From contig JAQGDQ010002082.1 in NCBI GenBank assembly GCA_030141605.1, positions 1 to 15,573 of the forward strand: a DNA stretch of 15,573 bases. The letters run 5' to 3'. Below the pieces are notes generated by a model. It did no database searches. It worked only from the letters and a program-made list of their open reading frames with translations, and was not told the origin of the DNA. Shown in pieces: positions 10,842-15,573 of this stretch (within the stretch, counting starts at the first letter, position 1; the number at the start of each line of letters is the position of its first letter). The translations under genes were made by a program, and so were the position numbers. Source of the stretch: Tubiluchus corallicola. Lineage: Eukaryota; Animalia; Priapulida.

Positions 10842-10951
10842 ATGATGGCGATCATGACAACAACGATGATATGATGATGATTATGACGACGAAGATGGTG
10901 CTAATAAAGAAATAAGGACTGTTGTTGTCGTTGTTGTTGCTGCTGCTGATA

Positions 10952-10985
<34 letters not shown>

Positions 10986-10992
10986 CGATGAC

Positions 10993-11030
<38 letters not shown>

Positions 11031-11070
11031 CGACGATGATTACGATGATAACAATAAAATAATGATAATG
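10842..11070. repeat. Compound (GAT/GAC/GTT)n trinucleotide microsatellite, complementary to the preceding tract
   Basis: Direct reading of the sequence. Confidence 0.9.
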
Positions 11071-11471
11071 GTACTGAACAGACTGATATTACATGAAAGC
11101 TTTTGTCTTTCAGGTTCAATGGCAAATTCGAAGGCCACATTGGTGCGCGTATTAATGAATTGATGGCTTCATTAAATCTGCGTGACCAGACAAATTATGG
11201 GTGGCTTCATTATACTTAGTGGTTTCATCTCCAAGCTTTAGTAATATTTATATCTGCAGAGATGTGTCAAACGGAGTGTATATAGAAGCGTTCATCCTCC
11301 ATTAATCTTTAATCTATGTGGGAAACTTGTGTGTGTCTTAAGAAGCAATCAGTCAAAGGTTTCGACTATTGCTGTAAACTCTGCAAAGCAAAGGAGCATA
11401 ATCGCGTAAACAGGAGACACGTGTTACGCAGAAACGTTCACTTTTCATTAATCATCAGCCCAACGCGTGGC

Positions 11472-11859
11472 ACGTGGTACGCAATTCTTCAAAGATTTCC
11501 GCTACTGCTATAAAGGAAAAGGAAGGCTACTATTTGTCTTGCTTATTTATGCTAGCAAGCATTTCTGTGAGAACGTAACTGTGACATGGGACGTAGTCCT
11601 TCAAAGATTTCCGCCACTGCTACAAAGGAAAAAGAAGGCTATTATTTGCGTTGTTTATTTATGCTAGCACTTGCAAGCATTTCTGTGAAAACCTAACTGT
11701 GACGTGGGACGCAATCCTTCAAAGATTTCCGCCACTGCTACAAAGGAAAAGGAAGGCTACTATTTGCGTTGTTTATTTATGCTAGCACGTGCAAGCATTT
11801 CTGTGAGAACGTAACTGTGACGTGAGACGCAATCCTTCAAAGATTTCCTCCACTGCTAC
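11472..11859 (+). repeat. 118-bp tandem repeat, ~3.3 copies, upstream of the GPCR
   Basis: CTTCAAAGATTTCC at 11487, 11599, 11717, 11835 (spacing 112, 118, 118). Confidence 0.93.
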
Positions 11860-12010
11860 TGTAATTTTGTAATTGACGACGTTTATATCACTTGTTTGCT
11901 TATACGGTGGAGAGAAACTGCCATGCTAATGCTATATTAAATGTGAATCAATAAAGGTGGATAATTAATGAGTTTCTGATGTGATAGTAAAAGCATCACG
12001 TTGGAGTGCC

Positions 12011-12032
12011 CTCATTCTACTGTTTGCCACAG
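12011..12032 (+). other. Probable splice acceptor of a 5'-UTR intron of the GPCR gene
   Basis: CTCAT branch-like motif, pyrimidine-rich tract and CAG (ctcattctactgtttgccacag|CTTC), ending 28 nt before the first ATG at 12061. Confidence 0.5.
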
Positions 12033-12060
12033 CTTCAAAGATTTCCGCCACTGCTTCAAC

Positions 12061-13188
12061 ATGGACATGAAAGGTACTATTGCCACTTACTTGATGAACA
12101 GAGGAAACATAACAGCAGAGGTCAGTGTCAACGGCAGCGGTCAAGAGATCGAGGACGACGGTCTCCGCGCTCAGAGGATCACGCAGACCGTGACGACCAT
12201 CGTCTACATCACCGTCTGCGTCTTCGGTCTGTTCGGCAACGGTCTGGTCATCTACGTGGTCCTCTGGTTCTCCAAGATGAAGACGGTCACCAACGTCTAC
12301 ATAATGAACCTGGCCCTGGCGGACGCCGTCTTTCTCCTCGGCGTGCCCTTCCTGGTGACCACCTCGCAGCTCGGACACTGGCCGTTCGGTCGCGTGATGT
12401 GCAAGCTGTACATGACCTCCACGAGTTTGACCCAATTCACCAGCAGCATTTTCTTGGGGGTCATCAGCTTTGATCGGTACTTTCTTCTGTGTCATCCGTT
12501 CAAGTCGCTGCGATATCGTCGCATCCGCCTGGCGCGCTACGTCTGCGCCGGCGTATGGTGCTGCTCCCTGTTGGCCAATCTTCCGGTGATTCTCTACGCC
12601 AAGGTCGACTATCAGGACAGCTACCATGACGACGGTTACCATGACGACGGTTACCATGACGACGATTACTATGACGACCGTTCTCCTTCCTGCACCATCG
12701 TCTGGCCCGGAACATGGATGGCGTGGTCTCCGGACGAGGCGTTCGTCTGGTATTCGTTCCTGTTCAGTTTTGCCGCTCCGGTTTTTCTCACGCTCGTCTT
12801 CTACGGTCTGATCATCCGGATCCTGAAGGGCGACCGGCCGCAGAGCGCCTCGACGACGGAGAAGGACAGATCCGAGAAGAACGTGACCAAGATGGTGCTG
12901 ACGGTCATCGCCGTCTACGTCATCTGCTGGTCGCCATATTGGATTCTACAGTTGGCACTGAGCCAGGGAGCGGTTCGCGCGTTCGATTACCTCACCTACG
13001 TGATCGCGCTCGTTTACTCGCTCGCGTACGCCAGCAGTATGGTGAATCCTTTTCTCTACGCATTCAAGAGTCAGAGCTTCAGAAACAGTTTCATCCAGGC
13101 CTTCAAGTGTTTCAAGAGAGAATCGCAGTACGCGGAGATCAGCAAGAGAAACGGAAGCGGTAGAACTTTAGTCACGACGTGCATGTGA
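12061..13188 (+). CDS. AstC-R: Allatostatin-C receptor-like / somatostatin-receptor family class A GPCR, 375 aa, single coding exon
   Basis: Seven hydrophobic segments with rhodopsin-family motifs GN (TM1), NLALAD (TM2), WPFG..MC, DRY, CWSP and NPFLY. Family-diagnostic strings are GNGLVIYVVL.FSKMKTVTN.YI.NLA.AD, CK.YM.STS..QFTSSIFL and VTK.VLTVI.VY..CW.PYW. N-glycosylation sequons NIT and NGS are present. The ORF track starts at TTG 12001, but the first ATG is 12061 (alternatives 12067, 12094), with an in-frame stop at 11977. The symbol indicates family, not proven orthology. Confidence 0.92.
   Translation: MDMKGTIATYLMNRGNITAEVSVNGSGQEIEDDGLRAQRITQTVTTIVYITVCVFGLFGNGLVIYVVLWFSKMKTVTNVYIMNLALADAVFLLGVPFLVTTSQLGHWPFGRVMCKLYMTSTSLTQFTSSIFLGVISFDRYFLLCHPFKSLRYRRIRLARYVCAGVWCCSLLANLPVILYAKVDYQDSYHDDGYHDDGYHDDDYYDDRSPSCTIVWPGTWMAWSPDEAFVWYSFLFSFAAPVFLTLVFYGLIIRILKGDRPQSASTTEKDRSEKNVTKMVLTVIAVYVICWSPYWILQLALSQGAVRAFDYLTYVIALVYSLAYASSMVNPFLYAFKSQSFRNSFIQAFKCFKRESQYAEISKRNGSGRTLVTTCM
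12622..12681 (+). repeat. In-frame 15-bp coding repeat x4 (YHDDG YHDDG YHDDD YYDDR) in GPCR extracellular loop 2
   Basis: TACCATGACGACGGT x2, then TACCATGACGACGAT and TACTATGACGACCGT, between TM4 and the ECL2 cysteine. Confidence 0.93.
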
Positions 13189-13267
13189 ACACGCCTTTAC
13201 ACGTTCAATGCTCTGAAAGTCTGTCGTGGTTGTTTTGTAATTAAGTTTCAACTTTAATGCTTTTGTG

Positions 13268-14085
13268 CATTTATTCATCCACTTATTGAGTATCCATTCA
13301 TTCTTTTATTTAATTATTTATTCATTTTTTCGTTTATTCTTTCGTTCATTCATTCATTCTTTCTTTCATTCATTAGTTCGTTCATTCATTCATTTACTCG
13401 CTCATTCATTCATTCATTCATTCACCGACTTACTCATTTATTCTCTCTTTCATTCTTTCATTCATTCATTCCTTTATTTATGCATTTTTTCATTATTTAT
13501 TTTTTCATTCATTCATTCACTTATTCATTTGCTCATTCATTTATTCTTTCATTCATTTATTCAATTATTCATTCATTCATTCATTCATTCATTCATTCAT
13601 TCATTCATTCATTCATTCATTCATTCATTCATTCATTCATTCATTCATTCATTCATTCATTCATTCATTCTTTCATTCATTCACCGACTTACTGATTTAT
13701 TTTTTCATTCATTCATTCATTCATTCATTCATTCATTCATTCATTCATTCATTCATTCATTCATTCATTCATTCATTCATTCATTCATTCATTCATTCAT
13801 TTACTCATTCACTCATTTATTCACTCATTCGTTTACACTTCTATCCATTAATTCACTGGCTCATTCATTTATTCTTTCATTCATTCATTCAATTATTCAC
13901 TCATTCATTCATTCATTGATTCATTCATTCATTCATTCAATCAATCAATCATTCATTCATTCCTTTATTTATGCATTTTTTCATTGTTTATTTTTTCATT
14001 TATTCATTCATTTACTCATTCATTCATTTATTCACTCATTCATTCATTCATTCGTTCATTCATTGATTCATTCATTCACACATTC
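13268..14085. repeat. (TTCA)n tetranucleotide microsatellite, ~820 bp
   Basis: Pure core at ~13567..13800 with degenerate flanks; interruptions are duplicated (TCACCGACTTACT near 13422 and at 13681). Confidence 0.97.
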
Positions 14086-14197
14086 GGTCAATCTAAGTGC
14101 TAACATAAAGCGTGGTTCTAACTGTACAGTATATGGATAAAACTGGCAATGTACATAAACTTACTGGAGACGCGCCTTTAAACACTTTAAACTTCAG

Positions 14198-14500
14198 CAT
14201 TGTGTTGTACAGAAACTGCACATTGTGTTGTAGAAAAACTGTACATTGTGTTGTACAGAAACTGTACATTGTGTTGTACAAAACCTGTACATTGTGTTGT
14301 AGAAAAACTGTACATTGTGTTGTACAGAAACTGCACATTGTGTTGTAGAAAAACTGCACATTGTGTTGTACAAAAACTGTACATTGTGTTGTAGAAAAAC
14401 TGTACATTGTGTTGTACAAACACTGCACATTGTGTAGTACAAAAACTGTACATTGTGTTGTACAAAAACTGCACATTGTGTTGTACAAAAACTGTACATT
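14198..14500. repeat. 23-bp minisatellite, ~13 copies
   Basis: CATTGTGTTGTA(C/G)A(G/A)AAACTG(C/T)A starting at 14198, 14221, 14244 and onward. Confidence 0.95.
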
Positions 14501-15000
14501 AACTATTTACAAATAATTGTCACGGGTATATCTGTTTTCTTCTACTAAAAATACCTAAAAATTCGAAATTGAAACGTTTCATTATTTAAGTAGCATCGAA
14601 AACAGACCTTCTGCACCAACCGAGTAAGCCACTTCAGCGTAAACAAGCTAAAGTTTAAAATTTCAAGTAAGAACATCAAAGGCAATTTATTCTTACTGGT
14701 TGTTTAAAAATTCAATTTCCTCACCAAAGCGCACTACGGTTCACCTTTACGGCTTCTCAGCATTAGCTTGGTAAAGAGTCACGCTATTGCATTTCACGCA
14801 GATAATGGCGTTCATAACTGAATTTGTAAGGCACTTCCTGTTGCATTGTGAAACTAACAAGCGTTCTTGATTGGTGAAATCGTTTCCTATTACACAAGCA
14901 AGAGGAGAAACCATCAAAAGATAAAAGGAGTAGAAGCCGCTTTTGTTCTTACGTAACAGTGGAAGCGAATCTCGCTTTTAAACTAAAAACGATAAGAATT

Positions 15001-15132
15001 TTCACTGTTTCGTTGTGCGCATGCGCAGTTGTTGTAGGTCAAAGTATCATAAGTGCATCACAGCAAGCGTATTAAATACGACTGGCTCGTGACATGTGTG
15101 AAGCAACGCCATCTGCTACATCAGTTCAGTAA
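15001..15132 (+). mobile_element. Decayed dispersed repeat, direct copy of 2015..2152
   Basis: Same collinear blocks as 2015..2152; contains perfect TGCGCATGCGCA; similarity stops shortly before the GA tract. Confidence 0.7.
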
Positions 15133-15143
15133 AGTTGTTTTAC

Positions 15144-15542
<399 letters not shown>

Positions 15543-15573
15543 CTCTTCTCGTCGTCTCAATTAGCCACATTTG

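Noticed and set aside
10526-11140. Poly-Asp, poly-His, poly-Met and poly-Ile/Val ORFs
   Set aside because: Trinucleotide microsatellite translations.
12001-12060. 20-aa N-terminal extension from TTG in the ORF track
   Set aside because: Non-ATG start in a eukaryote, and it spans a probable splice acceptor.
11965-13163. Antisense 230-aa ORF and out-of-frame ORFs overlapping the GPCR
   Set aside because: Expected shadows of a GC3-rich coding sequence; no recognisable domain.
13265-14499. Hydrophobic FIHS-repeat ORF and Cys-rich repeat ORFs
   Set aside because: Translations of the (TTCA)n tract and the 23-bp minisatellite.

Overview
Repeat-rich animal genomic DNA, arthropod-like judging from the two protein sequences. 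There are two supportable coding features. (1) A 189-nt internal exon on the - strand (655..843) encodes part of the CDC25/RasGEF catalytic domain of a RalGDS-like (Rgl) protein, with clean AG/GT splice sites. (2) A single-coding-exon class A GPCR on the + strand (12061..13188, 375 aa) belongs to the allatostatin-C/somatostatin receptor family. I found no preceding Rgl exon between 844 and the window end, so the receptor appears to be nested antisense in a >14.7 kb Rgl intron. The receptor has a (YHDDG)x4 repeat expansion in extracellular loop 2. Its exon start and ATG region are homologous to a 118-bp tandem repeat just upstream. The rest is micro/minisatellites, small satellites (10, 23, 62, 80/81, 83, ~105, 118, 133 bp), two fold-back structures and decayed dispersed repeats. 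All other ORFs in the track look like repeat or shadow artefacts. All alignments were done by eye.
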